From the NCBI GenBank assembly GCA_965637545.1, contig OZ281499.1:558001-622000 (forward strand): a DNA stretch of 64,000 bases, read 5' to 3'. This stretch comes from Phallusia mammillata. Its lineage: Eukaryota. The notes below the pieces were generated by a model that was given only the letters and a program-made list of their open reading frames with translations, was not told where the DNA came from and made no database searches. Positions 48,801 through 61,400 of this stretch are shown piece by piece; position 1 is the stretch's first letter; each line of letters begins with the position of its first letter. Both the position numbers and the translations under genes were made by a program.

Positions 48801-51800
48801 TAACATTAAGATTCAATCCCAGATACCTCTTTTAGGCTGATATTCTTACACGGGTTGAGGAGGTGGGGGAAGATACCTAAAAACGCAAATTAACACATGG
48901 TAGTGGTACTGCACCGTCAACAAGTTTAAGTTGATGCATTTTTGGAGTTGCCCAACCGGGGTTGATTTAGTTGAAATAATACACTAGGGTTGAATGTTTA
49001 AGTAGCGTATACTTTTGTAGCGTTAGTCTAGTTGGTTTGAATTTCCAGGTTTTGCAGCCAACAATTTTGAGGACTTTACATTTTATTTAAGCGCTGCTCA
49101 TTGAAATAGTTTCGCCAAAAAAGGGAAAATATTTTGTGGAATGTGAGCAACTACTTTGTATTTACCAATGTCCGTTGTATTAGTGGCAAACGAATTTTAA
49201 TTTGTCGCGCAGAATTCCCTTACTTCGGTGGAGCAAGTGAAAGTTGACGATTGCATTCACGAAGAGGAGAGATTGATCAAAGAACAGGAAAACCTCAGAT
49301 CAGCTGTCGGAGATTTAACGCGACTCGCACAGATTAAAGCGGATGAGAGAGAACAAAAGTCCCGGGACTACATGAGAGCAGAGGTATTGTTTTGTTGTTG
49401 CTGCTAAGTGGTTTAAAATAACATTTCAGCATTTTCATTTGGCTAATACGATAAACACATACGTGTATGTGACATCACAATACTTATTTGTCAACGTCAC
49501 AATCTGTTTCCTAGCAACGAGCGAAGCGGGCCGAGCAGGAATTGAAAAGCAAAGACCTTGCGATTAACGATCACAAGAAGAAAAACGTTGAAGTCCAAGT
49601 TCGTCTACAGGAGTTTGCAAAGCTTTATGACGTCATAAAGGTAGGTTGTGACGTGGCGCAATTTTGTTTGTGACGTCAGTAATGGTGTGATTGTCTTGTA
49701 GAATGAGCGAAACAAATGCGTGAATCAGATTCAAGCGAGTGCGCAAAAGTCGGCCGAGATGAAAGAAAAGATTAAAATACTCGCAAATGAAATCGAAATT
49801 CTGCGAACAACCGTCACAAACATTGAAAGGTGAATGTTATTAACCGATGTAACTTGTGTCGAAGGTACAGGGTTCAAATCCCACTGTCCCTCACCTGCAC
49901 AAAACCTTGTATGACCAACTAAAGTGCTTTTCTCCCAATTCAGGAACTTGCAGAAAGCGAAACTGAAGAAAATGAACTCTCTCGTTCTCCGCGATTCGCT
50001 TCGTAACGAGAGAGCGAAGGCGCTTGCTCTGGAGAACGAACTAAACGAGAAGAGGGAACAGTTGAAGATGCAAATCGGGAAGTTGAACACGCTGAATAAC
50101 CAGGCTGAAGAGGGGATGGTACAGCTGCGCAAGAAGTACGAGACAGCAGTGCAGCACAGGAACGACAGGTTAGTTGCGATCAGGTTGATTGGTAATTACG
50201 ATTGCTGGGCTGTATGGGTTTTGCATACAACATATCCATTGTTGGGCTGATTATTCCATTGTTACTCGGTTGGAATAAATTGTTAACATTTAAATGTGGT
50301 TGAACTAATGTGGTCCTCTGACCTTAACTGGGTTGGGTGATGATGTTTATTGTTTTTAATAAAACGCCCAAGACCGAGGTGGGAATTAAACCCTCAACCT
50401 TTCGTTTTCATTAAACCACCGGCTGTTTGGTGTTTTTGTTGCAAACGCAGTAAACCTCGGTTAATCCGGACCCGAAAAATTTGGCCATATTAGGGGGAAA
50501 ATGGAATCCCCGATGTCGATTAGTTAAAGCCTTACCACATAACAAATCATTTTTACCTCAAGTTTCGTCCAAATTAGGTGAAGATCCGGATTAACCGAAT
50601 CCGGTTTACCCGTGGTTTACTGGAACTCGTTTACGCTCCACAAAAAAGTCTCATTAACGAGCCAATTGCGTCCAACCTGAACATATTGTGTTGCCCATTA
50701 ATGGACAGCCACATTTCAACGCAGTAAAATGTTACGAAACCTGCCCAACTTATTTTACAGAGGAGTTCAGCTTGTGGAGCGCGAAGAGGAAGTTTGTATT
50801 TTCTACGAGAAGTTCAACATCCAGGAGACGATGATCAGGAACGGAAATGTTTCGGTTCAAGCTATGGAAGAGGAAATCCGGTAGGAAAAAGCGTTTCCGG
50901 TCAAAATGTTTGTTCGTTTTTGTTGCTGTTGTCATCCGTGATTAAGTCAAGAAAGAGTAGCGTTTACATTTTCCTAAATCCTGGAAGATATTACTTTAAA
51001 ATTTAATAAATCTTGAAATTATTTTTTTGACTCCAGTTAAATTAAATCCGCGATTAAAAGCAGGATAAACTACATTTTCTGAATTTTCGTCATACATTTA
51101 TCCAGGAATCGCATTTCTACAAGGCAATGGTATTTTTTTGTCGGCTGAACAGGGTTTTGCTTATAATATTCTCCTACGAATCTATATTACTTTGCATCAA
51201 TGTTACTTTGTTTCTTTGCAGTTTTCTCAAAATGCAGTCGTCGGAAGAGCAGCGGCAAATCAACCTTGGCAGGAAAAATAAACCGAACATCAGAAATCTC
51301 CACAATGAAATGGCGACTCTGCAAATTCAAGTGAGAAATATAATCTAAGCAGTAATCCCCATAATTGTACTGAGGACATTGGATCGACGATAAACATTGT
51401 ACTAAGCAACAAAATTTGCAAACTTTTTCTGCTTTCGTTAACAATATATTTTGGAACAAGTCATCAAACCTTCATAGAACACCGCACTCCAGGGTTTCAA
51501 TCACTTCTTCATCTTTCAGCTCTCCCAGTGCCAGGACCGGATGAGAGAACTCGAGAAACAACTGGAGGATCCGGATAAACCGGGTAGAGTGAGACTACTA
51601 CAGGGAAAGGATCCAAATCCAACCGAACTACGGACGATGATTGAAAAGGTGAACATGAAAACAGCTTATATTTATTTATATATATGTATAGATATGACAG
51701 AGCAGCACGCACGCAATGTCCATAAGGTTTTTTGGTTCAAACACCAACCAGTCCTGCTTAAAAAAGACATAAATCGAAAAAATGAAACAAATGTAACTTT

Positions 51801-53896
51801 CGTGAAATTTCTTCACCAATGACTTTGACAACATTTTACACGAAGTGACGAAGGCCTTACCTCATTTTAAATTAACACATACAAATTCTATGTGACAAGA
51901 TTTGACTTTGAATGACAGGGGGCAGCTGTCAGAAGTTCGTAAAAACACACGCCGAGCGCAAAATCTTATTCAACGATGAAATATTGTTGCTGGGGATAAA
52001 CTTAACAAACTGAAAATTACTCTTTCAGCTTGAAATCCGATTGGCCGAAAAGGAAGAACAACTACTGGAGCGTGACCTGGTGTTCGAGCAGTCGTCACGG
52101 TTGACTGATCGCGTCAACAACAAGGTCAACGTTGGAAAAGACGACTCACTTGTCCTCGCAAAAAAAGTGGGTTGGTTTTCATTTACGGTCACGCAAGATA
52201 CAAAGCTAGTTGTGTTGTAAATTTGCGAACCTGCTTGAACCAGAACCCTAGAGAGGAAAATGATATAAAAGACATGTTCTTGGTACTTTCGAGCACTAGT
52301 TATATCTAGACCAGTTAGTGTTAAAAAATTAGGAACTTGTTAGTGATAAAAATAGGGAATTAAAATGCTTTACCCGGCAGTAAGCTTAAATGTTTTAGCT
52401 TCAAAGCAACAATAAAACATTATAATGGATCGGGCACATGGCATATAAAAGTCTGATCACCAAAATTTAAACCGACAATTCGGTACATGTTTTTGTCGTG
52501 GGTCCTGCTTCAAACTAAGCCAATTTCGAGCGAATTCTAAAAGTAATGGCGTCAATTTCATCCTATAGAGATGAAAGTAAGAGATAATTTCACGTTGCTT
52601 AACAGGTAAACAACTATCAATCCCGCATTAAAGACGTGACAAGGAAAATGATGAGCCTTGTTTCGGAGTTGGCGATGAAACAGGCTGACGCGATGAAACT
52701 TCAACAACAATCGAAACAAATGTACAACGACCTGGAGCAGTGTTACGTCAGAATGGAACAGGTACACGTTGCTATAACAACAGCTGTTGAATGGTGAACA
52801 GACATTGGTAAACTCGCTTGTTTCAACATGCACTGAATTTCTCTACTTTTATTCGGACATGTAGCCTACTTGTTTATTCGACAAAACGGTTAAATTCCAA
52901 ATCTTGTCCTTGCGTGCCGGCGCCAACGCTCTCTGCTGCAACTAACTTGGTACTTTTTGTTAATCAACTCATTCGACAAAATATTTAAACTCAAAATCTT
53001 ACTCTTCCCTGCTGGCGTCTATGCTCTCTGCCGCCAACTTACGTTTGTTCGTTTTGTTTTAGGGCGAAGCACCGAACGAGGAAATCGCGCTGGAATGGGA
53101 AAAATCGCTTCGTTCCGACGATCAGCAGCGCGTCCAAGCAGCTGAGAAAGCGATGGTAAGTAGACATGTGCGGTTTATCCAACATTACTGTGACTAGGAA
53201 TAGTTTTGCTTCTGATAGAACAGCACCGAGAAATAGTTGTTGTGGAGCCATCACTTATTGCTGATGTGCAAAAACACAATAGCTGTTAATTAAAGCGTTT
53301 TAACCCGCAAACTGTAAAGCGAAAAACTATTTAGTGTGTTTTCTCAAATTCCCCCATGTACATAATTATAGTACTCCACACCCATTCAAGGCGTGGTATA
53401 GAATCAAGTCGGTCTCTTTTCACCACCATGTGGCAAGGCGTAGGTTAGAAAAATCTCACCTGCGGTGGGATTCGAACCCACGACGGGAGTCCTTCCTGGG
53501 ACTTACGGTTTACCAACTGAGCTACGCAGACTCAGTGGTGAACCTGCCGAAATTTGTATCACAATCACCGTTGCCTGCCTTAGTGTGTTTTCATGCTACT
53601 CTGACAAAACGCATACAATTGAATGCTGCACATGTCAGCTTCGTAGTAGGGGATCGCCAGTTCGACTCATTTACACGTTTTTCTAACACCAGGTGGAGCA
53701 AGAAGAGCAGCAGTATCAGATCGCAGGCGGATCGACAACCACCGCCGAACCGCGACCCAACGCTTATATTCCCGACGATGAATCCGAATTACCCATTCCG
53801 CGTCCTTATGGCTCACTTGCCCCATTCAAACCCACAGAACCCGGCTCATCAATGCGTCACATACGGAAACCGGTTCTACGACCCATCGAGATATGA
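42928..53896 (+). CDS. CCDC146: Coiled-coil domain-containing protein 146 (axonemal; MBO2 family), 21 coding exons, 953 aa
   Basis: Exons 42928-43077, 43189-43271, 43391-43475, 43934-44058, 44784-44934, 45674-45831, 46198-46306, 46648-46766, 47276-47462, 48456-48551, 49213-49383, 49515-49640, 49702-49829, 49944-50168, 50761-50880, 51222-51330, 51520-51648, 52029-52166, 52606-52761, 53063-53155, 53693-53896. All GT-AG and phase-consistent, total 2862 nt. C-terminus [12 protein letters not shown]...[30 protein letters not shown] matches the vertebrate CCDC146 tail as I recall it. Confidence 0.95.
43600..43810 (+). mobile_element. Penelope-like remnant with hammerhead-like motif in CCDC146 intron 3
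   Basis: GATA-CTGATGA-T-GCTGTAAAGGC-GAAA-TATGTA-TAT at 43654-43689. Element boundaries are approximate. Confidence 0.5.
45839..45868. repeat. Poly(A)30 tract just after the exon 6 donor
   Basis: 30 consecutive A. Confidence 0.9.
47629..48179. mobile_element. hAT MITE in CCDC146 intron 9
   Basis: TIR CAGTGCTTCCCAACC / GGTTGGGAAGCGCTG; degenerate TSD AGCCAGAC / AGCTAGAG. Confidence 0.8.
48612..48700 (+). ncRNA. Candidate minimal hammerhead ribozyme motif (Penelope type) in CCDC146 intron 10
   Basis: CC-CTGATGA-A-GGCG...CGTT-GAAA-CGTC-GG. Related copies at 57505-57600 (minus) and 57695-57750 (plus, partial). Confidence 0.45.
50448..50622. mobile_element. pogo/Tigger-like MITE; related fragments at ~45990-46160 and ~57127-57250
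   Basis: TIR CAGTAAACCTCGGTTAA / TTACCCGTGGTTTACTG; shared internal AAAGCCTTACCACAT...AAGATCCGGATTAACCGA. TA TSD not preserved. Confidence 0.6.
53360..53533 (-). mobile_element. tRNA-derived SINE-like element in CCDC146 intron 20
   Basis: Minus strand has A box TAGCTCAGTTGG, T-arm GTGGG-TTCGAAT-CCCAC and pairable acceptor arms, but a broken D-stem and a 6-nt anticodon loop, followed by a non-tRNA tail. Confidence 0.6.
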
Positions 53897-54091
53897 TTTC
53901 TGTGTGTGTTATATTGTTTCTATGGTTGACTGTTTTGTTACTAACAAGTGCGAAGAACTGATAGTTTCGTTTATAAATTTTATCATGCACATAAATTGCT
54001 TATACTGGCTGCAGGATTGCAAGAGAAGTGCAGCACGTGTCCAATCTTTACTGCAACATAGTTCTTTGGTAGACCCGGTGGATGGTAACAG

Positions 54092-54477
54092 TAGGGACGG
54101 GTCAAAACTGCAAATGTTCTGTTTGGTCGAGCACCGAGCGTCTCACGATAATGCTCGGTGCATTATGACGCCACAAACATTCCCGATTTCACGCCAGTTT
54201 TGCAGCTTTTCAAGGTCCCTTACGTCACCAGCGGTGTATTAAGCTGTACAGGCCCCAGAAGTACGCGTTTGTCACAAACTAACATTCTAACGCATATAAA
54301 AAGGCCATTTTTGTTCTGGGATACCCTTTAGAACACTATCGTATGATAGCAGGGCACAAATATGCAAATTTAATACCCGGGTCAGTTTGTGCAACTGCTC
54401 GGCCGAGCACCGAGCATTAAAAACAGCGATGCTCGGTACCGAGTAGTCGGGTTTTGGTTCGGTTCGGCCCATCCCTA
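54092..54477. mobile_element. hAT (TAGGGATG-type) MITE; copies at ~60310-60676 and 62578-62942 (inverted)
   Basis: TAGGGACGGG / CCCATCCCTA termini; TSD GGTAACAG / GTTAACAG. The 62578 copy has TSD CTGGTAAC / CTGGTAAG. Confidence 0.85.
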
Positions 54478-55225
54478 GTTAACAGTTGACTGCACGAAGC
54501 TGGTTGCCGAACCCGCTATACCATCAGAAATCCGGTTGTAATACGGAAAATTGCACAACATAATATTTGCGTCACAGTATATCAAATAATGTGAAATATT
54601 CGGGGCACAAAGTAACAATTTCAGCGAAACATGCATTTATATTAATCTGCTGGTGATATTAATGAAAGGATCGACTTGTATTTCAATGTTTTATGATGAC
54701 GTAAACAGAACACTCCGATTGTTCATAACAATGCGGATGTTCTAAATCCCACCCACTACATAAATACGCTTGCATACTTGTAACGTAACGAAATAGAAAG
54801 GCAGAAAAAAATGACAAAGAAAATTACACAATCAATGAGATTTGGCAAAATAACTAATTTGTCAAAACTGGAAACTCATTCACAAAACCCAATGTTTAAA
54901 TGGGTACTACCCCCAATCAGCTACGTTTGCAGATTTATATTTCAAAGGATTTAAAGCAATTAAGCGTTTAATCGACTTTTAGGCAAAAAAGCGTCGCAAT
55001 CAAGCAAACCAAATCGGAGACAACTGAAAAAAGAACATTCTGTTCTTTATCGTTGACATTTTTCACTGCACGTTTTTTTACGAACGGTCCAAACTTTAAC
55101 CTCAATAATACACCAACACAAGTAGACGATGCGAATATTTTAGTAGAACTGCATCGCGTGAAGGAATTGGTGAATTACAACACAACACAACTTAACAACC
55201 TTGCACATTGGAAGGGAGCGCCGTG

Positions 55226-55239
55226 GTTGCCATGGTAAC
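55226..55239. promoter_or_regulatory. Consensus RFX X-box
   Basis: GTTGCCATGGTAAC, within the near-palindrome GGTTGCCATGGTAACC. Function untested. Confidence 0.45.
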
Positions 55240-55406
55240 CCAAGGGATCATGTCTCCAAAGTTATAGTGATTTTACATTGGTCTGGTTTTTAGTGATTTT
55301 GACTGCACAACTGACTGCACAAAGTTCGTTCGTCAAACCCGCTTTCGAGTGTTGAAACTTGTACCCCTGTGAAAATAACTATGGCACACAAAAATCATAA
55401 AATAAT

Positions 55407-58400
55407 TCAACCTTCCAATAAGTCCTCATCGTCGTCGTCATGATACGAAGAAACTTGCTTCTCTCCCCCAACCCCTGGTGCCCGGGATTTACCCGAAGCC
55501 GGTTTGTCCTTGAGAAACGGCAGAAGGTCATCACTGTCGCTTTCCTCGAACGGATTTGGGCTTCGACGTTTCGATTTGTTCCGATGCGGTTTGGGGGCTT
55601 TCCCGCGTTTCGAGGTCTTTACGTCAACATCCGGGACTGCGAACAAATCGTTGGGCTCGTCTGTCTCCGCAGCGCCACCTATGGACGAGAGAGGGACCGC
55701 GGAGGCTGAAGGTTAAAACACGAAATTAAAAGTTGTACTTGATACTAAGAAGCTTGACTACTTTGACAACGCTATTCAACGCAAATCACTAGTGCGCTTG
55801 GTACTTGCATAGGAAATTATATATTGCTGGTAACTCATTTCAAAGCGACAAAGGTCGCAAATAGCGCAGGTAACCTTTTTGATGCGAGAAAACTCGTAGT
55901 TAGTGCGACGTAAATTAAAAATGCTGTACCTAGGCCATATGTTAATGCTTGAGAGCCCGGCTGATTCTGCGTAACGCCTTAATGGGCCTGGCGTGCTATG
56001 ATTTACTTTCATTTAAAAGTTAAAACTTCCCTTAGTAACACTATACACGTGGGTTGAAACAATAAAGCTCATCTCACCTGCAGTATCAGTAGATCCATGC
56101 ATTCTCTGTCCTCCTCCCAACAAACTTGTCTCCTGCTGCATCTGCAAGTCGCCTACGTCATCAAACAATGACGTACCTTCATCGTAATCGTCATCACCAC
56201 TCTGTCACACAAATATATGAAAAATCTCAAAGTTACAGTCTGCGTGTGTAAACAAAATAAAAATTTTGGTTGATTGTTTTGTGGTCCACAGTCGATAAAA
56301 ACATTTGTTTGGGGCATGGAATTTATTTAACAGCCATCATGACAATGAAGTCAGTGGCATTAATTTGTTTTGCAAAACAAACATATGTACGGACATGTGA
56401 ACAAAAGCTTAGCATTGGTGACAGATTCTTTTATTTGTGACTGGACAACTGCTTTTACACGGTATTTAGTTTTTGGTCTGTGGACAACATAAAAGCAAAT
56501 GGTGTAGGCATGAACACTTCTGCATCTGATAGGAATCATGGCAATGAGCTAGTCAGCGGTATTGTGAGTTATTTTGTCTCCTTGAAATGTTTCAAACTTG
56601 GATTGATTGTGCATAAAAGGAATACCGCAGCACATATTTGTCAACATTATCCATTTAAAATCCCCTTTAGGTAAACCCCCCATCCCAACACCCACCCTGA
56701 TATATCGATAACTGGGATCGCTTCCCCCAAAACCGAGGATCCTCTTCACCGACATCCGGAACGATCTCCTCCTCCCGGCGTTGTGGAAGATCAGGATGAG
56801 GAGACAGATGAGAGCGAGGGAGCCGAACACCGCCGTTACTATGACAACAGAGTCGCTGTGCTTGTCCGCCACCTCGTGGACATCGGTTTGCGTCTTTGTC
56901 GGGGAAGCAGAAGATGATGGGGAGACTGCTGTGTCTGTTCTGAAATATAAGAGAAAGATGTGTTACAAAGTTGTGTTGGAATAAGATTGTGCAAAAAGAT
57001 CTGAATAATTTGCAAAATTAAAAGCAAATTATTTTGGTGTGCAATTTGAGAAGGGCCAGAAAAACTAATTGAGTTTTTAAGTCGAAGTGAGATCGTTTTG
57101 TGGGGGGGTTCGGCTGTTTACAAGTACAGTAAACCTCTCGGTTAAACATTTGTCTAAAATAACCGATGTCAATTAACTAAAGCCTTACCACATTACAAAT
57201 CATTTGTAAGTTTTGTCCGAATTAGTCAAAGATCCGGATTAACCGAGGTTCACCGAAAAGCACTGCACTGGTATCTTACAAAATCTACAAACTTTACGAA
57301 GTAGAGGTTTTACAACAAATTTTAACTTACTCCATGACGTCAACGCACATGACGCTCGTATACCACTCGAAGAAATATCCGCATTCCATCGATTCGTAAA
57401 CAAACACAGGACTGCCCAAGCCACTGGAAACAAATATGCGAATTTAAATCAGATAGATCCGGTTAATAGCATCTTCATAACTCTTGCAATTAACCGGAAC
57501 ATATATTAATTAAGTTTATAGAGCTCTTCTGGCTATTGTTTTTTATACCGACGTTTCGACGTCCTATACAAATTGCCTTCATCAGGTTAAATAACACTGA
57601 ATGCGACTAGTACAGTGCACCATAAACGAAGGGGAAATAATTAAACAAAATCACGTCACAAAGCAACGAAAACACTGCGCGATAACGACAAAATTGGGTC
57701 GAAACGTCGGAATAAAAATAAATTTGCCAGAAGAGCTTTATAAACGAGCTTATATATATTAACTAACGTTAAGACTAGATTTGTATTCACCATGCAATAA
57801 ACCGGATTGCGATTAACCGGAGTCTTCCGTATGGACACGATCAAAACGTTACTTGAGTTTTAGATACAAGTTTACTTTATTAAACAACTTTTTTTGTAGC
57901 AAACGAACCCGTATGGAGAACATCGTAGAGATAAGAGAGAGTGACTTTTCTTGGCCGGATCTTTACCGCAGCTGTTATTTGATTTAAATGTTACCTCCAA
58001 AGTTTCGTCTGCAAAACACGTGATCAATTTAGCTGAAGGACAAATAAGTTTCAGTGTATTTTATAATTTAAACTGGCAGTGGACGCAAGTTCAAATCCCA
58101 ACGCTTTTAAATAAGGTTGATTCTCGCGTAAACCAACAACTTTTTGTCGATTGTTATTAACATTCGTGTAGTTATCCATTGCAGCGTCTAGTCACCTGTT
58201 AGCTGGTGGAGTATTACAAATGAGAATCGGCTGGCATCGATTGTTGCCGAGTTGTGCGTACAAGAATTACGGTGTAAAAACAAACTACGGTGTGCCAGAT
58301 ATAAAGCACTGAGCTAAATCAAGCCGGGTCATCCATCACTTGCAATGCGAGAAAGGGTGGGCTAGTAAAAGTCTATACTGCGGTGGGATTCGAACCCACG

Positions 58401-61400
58401 ACAGTAGCTTATCCGAGGCTGTCGTGTACCAAGTATTGTTAAAAGATAAACGAAACATATTCGGTACAATATTATCTGTCAGTTCTTACCCGACATAACG
58501 TATGTAGGAGGTGGATTTAGAGCCCCTAGTGGTCTAGTAAAGTCGCCGTCCGGGTTGTACTGACACACGGTGACGCCCTTGCCACATTTGCCCCCCGCGC
58601 GCCCCTTGAAGTCGACGATATACTCGTATCGGGTCGGGTGGTTCCCCTCCTGTCGCATGTCGCCACTCGCAATCCAACTTCTGTGGAAAAAGTTAATTAT
58701 TATGTTACGTTTATAGAGCTGGTGGCTTGTGCGAGTGAAAACAATGGTGATGTTTAGAAGCAGCCAATAAACTATCGACCCTCAGTCATCAGCATAGAGC
58801 TATAAGAGGAACTCAAACGTCTTTTTAAATTGTTTGTATCTTACATAGAAACACAAAGCACCTTTTAATGTCTCTGTATATTTAGAGTCAACTTTCCTTT
58901 GCAAATTTGTATTTTTCAATTAAACCCGTCGATTTGATAATTTTCGACATTTTGATCAGTTTAGCCATAGTTGGTTTAAATATTATTTCAAAACATTTCT
59001 AATAAAATTCGTGTAACAAGTCAATCTCGTACCTTCTCAGCAGAGGGGAAATATCAATGTTGGCACTGGATTTCGGGTCCACAAATTTTCCCTCACTTAC
59101 TGCAACTTTCACTGGTTCGTTTTCACAAGCGATGCGGGTTTGCCAGTCGATGTGAAAAGTGCAACTATCCTGAGAAAGTCTACCACAAAAATAAGGTACA
59201 ACACCCAATTAGTACTAGCTTCGGTACAAGTTGATGAAATAATTCGACGTAGTACTTTAGAATAGACCTCATTAAGACATAGACCAGTGGTTCCCAACCG
59301 GGAAGAAATTTAAAAATTCCGGGGAGGAATTTACTTTAATTTTTACATGTGGTTTGTAAATAGACACTTTAGCTCTGGGAATATAACCTGTCAAGCTGAT
59401 AAAAGAGCCAAATTTGTAATGTAATTTCTATTGTTTAGCATTTACTAAACAGCCTTTTGGGGAAGAGTAAAAATGTTTTTGTAAAGGGAGGAATTCGTCG
59501 TTAAAGGTTGGGAACCACTGACATAGAAGACTATGGTGGATTAAAATTAGACCAAGGCTACATTAACGAGTAAAATATTAAAGGTTTAAAAGTTAACCTT
59601 TTGAAAGTCGGTTTTGCGCTGATGGAAGGATTGCAAGTGAGAGAAATTTCAACTGACGCCAATTTATCCGGGTCTGTGCAGATTCCCTTCTCTCCTTTCG
59701 AATAACGAACCATTAACTTGTTCTTTGACTCTACCGTGATGGATTGAGTTGAAAGGACGCCAATGTTTTGAATCTTAAAAATACGGAAGGTTTTAACAAA
59801 AGTTTCAACCAAATTTATCAACAGAAAAGTAATCACCTTTTGTGAAGATTGCAGCTTTCTACAAAGTGTAGCGTTTTCAGCACATTTGCTCTCTGCCATA
59901 TTCCGACACAGATTCAAGTAATATCTGCAAATATATTTTACACGTGTTGTATAATTGTCAGGAGGTTATTTACTGTGGAGCAGTATATCGCCATCCATAG
60001 GCAGACTTTGACAACTAGATTTCAAATTAGATTAGAATAAAATTAGAGTATCTCACTTTTTACAAATTAGACTAGAACTAGAAAAAGCGCCATTTTGCTC
60101 TAATCTGTCCAATTAGACAATTAGACTTATCTAGTTGTCCAAGTTCATCTGCGGGACTTCAACTCACCTGTTCCCGTCGTTATCAGGGAAGGTCCACGCG
60201 TGAGTGAGAGATGAGAGAAGGGAAAGATCGTAAGTTGCTCCACTCCCAGAATCCGTCACAAAGCAACTGTGATGAAAGATAGAAAAATGTATATGAGTTA
60301 TATATAATATGGGGATGGACCAAAACTGAAAATGTTCTGTTTGGTCGAGCACCGAGCATCTCACTTAATATTGGTTCTCGGCTGAGCACTCTCGGTGCAT
60401 TGTGACGTCACAAACATTCCCAATCGATCCATGCTAGTTTTGTAGCTACACAAGGTTTCTTACGTCACCAGCGGTGTTTAAGCTGTACAGGCCCCAGAAG
60501 TAAGCATTTTTGTTCTTGGATACCCTTTCGAACACTAGTTACGTATGTTATCAGGGCAGAAATATGGTTTAATGCTCGGGTCAGTTTGTGCAAGGGCTCG
60601 GCCGAGCACTGAGCATCAAAAACAGCGATGCTCGGTACCGAGTACTCTAGTATGGCTCGATTCGGCCCTTTCCTACTAAATTACCTTGTAACGTGTGTAA
60701 AGCACCCGTGTTCTTTCAAGGCCGACTGAAACGGCTTTACTTTTTTGTTACAAATTAAAGTAGGCTCTGCAAATTTAGTTTATTTTTGTGCGTGAAGCAG
60801 TTATGGTTTTAATGTTTTGCAACACATTACAGTAAACAAACGCATCTTGAAAACACATTTAAAGTAGTTTTCCACTTGAAATGACTGCATGACAAGCTTA
60901 TTTTTACGACTTATTTTCAAGCTATTTTGCTTGTCCCCAGTTCCAGCAGTTTTATCTGTGCAACATTTTCAAATCAAGTTTAAGTTGTCAATTACCTTTT
61001 GGTGGGTGGGAGACACACATGTGGTGTCGGCCAATAAATCAAATACCGACAAATATTTCCCTTTGCAATAACAGTTGGAGGATTCGATTCTGGGTTCCGA
61101 TCGCAGCGAAGCATTATCCAAGTCTCACTGTTGCCTGAACCTAAAAGTCAAAAGGTCAAAATATTTTTTTATTTTTTATTTATAAATTTTTGATGGTTTC
61201 TTGTTGTAGAATTTTTTAGCCCGAATAGGATTAGTTTATTTCGTTTTTATCCTGACAATTGAACGCTTGTAAGGTTTTTCTGCTACATTTTTGATGAACT
61301 GTTTGTGTTATGAAACGCTATACACGGATCTGTTCATAAGTTTAATGGTGAAAATAACGGCCCAAATAGACGCAAAAAGCGACATGCTTTATATTCCAAA

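Noticed and set aside
53455-53533. Functional tRNA gene
   Set aside because: D-stem cannot pair (GCTC versus AACC), anticodon loop is 6 nt, and a SINE-like tail follows.
53334-54242. 302-aa plus-strand ORF overlapping the last CCDC146 exon
   Set aside because: Chance open frame across a SINE, the real exon in another frame, 3' UTR and a MITE.
58196-58380. Extra IGF2R exon ending at a CAG|GTGACT-like donor
   Set aside because: Stops in the tested frames and no CIMR similarity; exons 58490-58680 and 57909-58008 already join in phase.
58760-58800. Minus-strand CUGAUGAC..GUCGAUA as a hammerhead
   Set aside because: Core is defective (missing nucleotides, GAUA instead of GAAA); at best a very old remnant.
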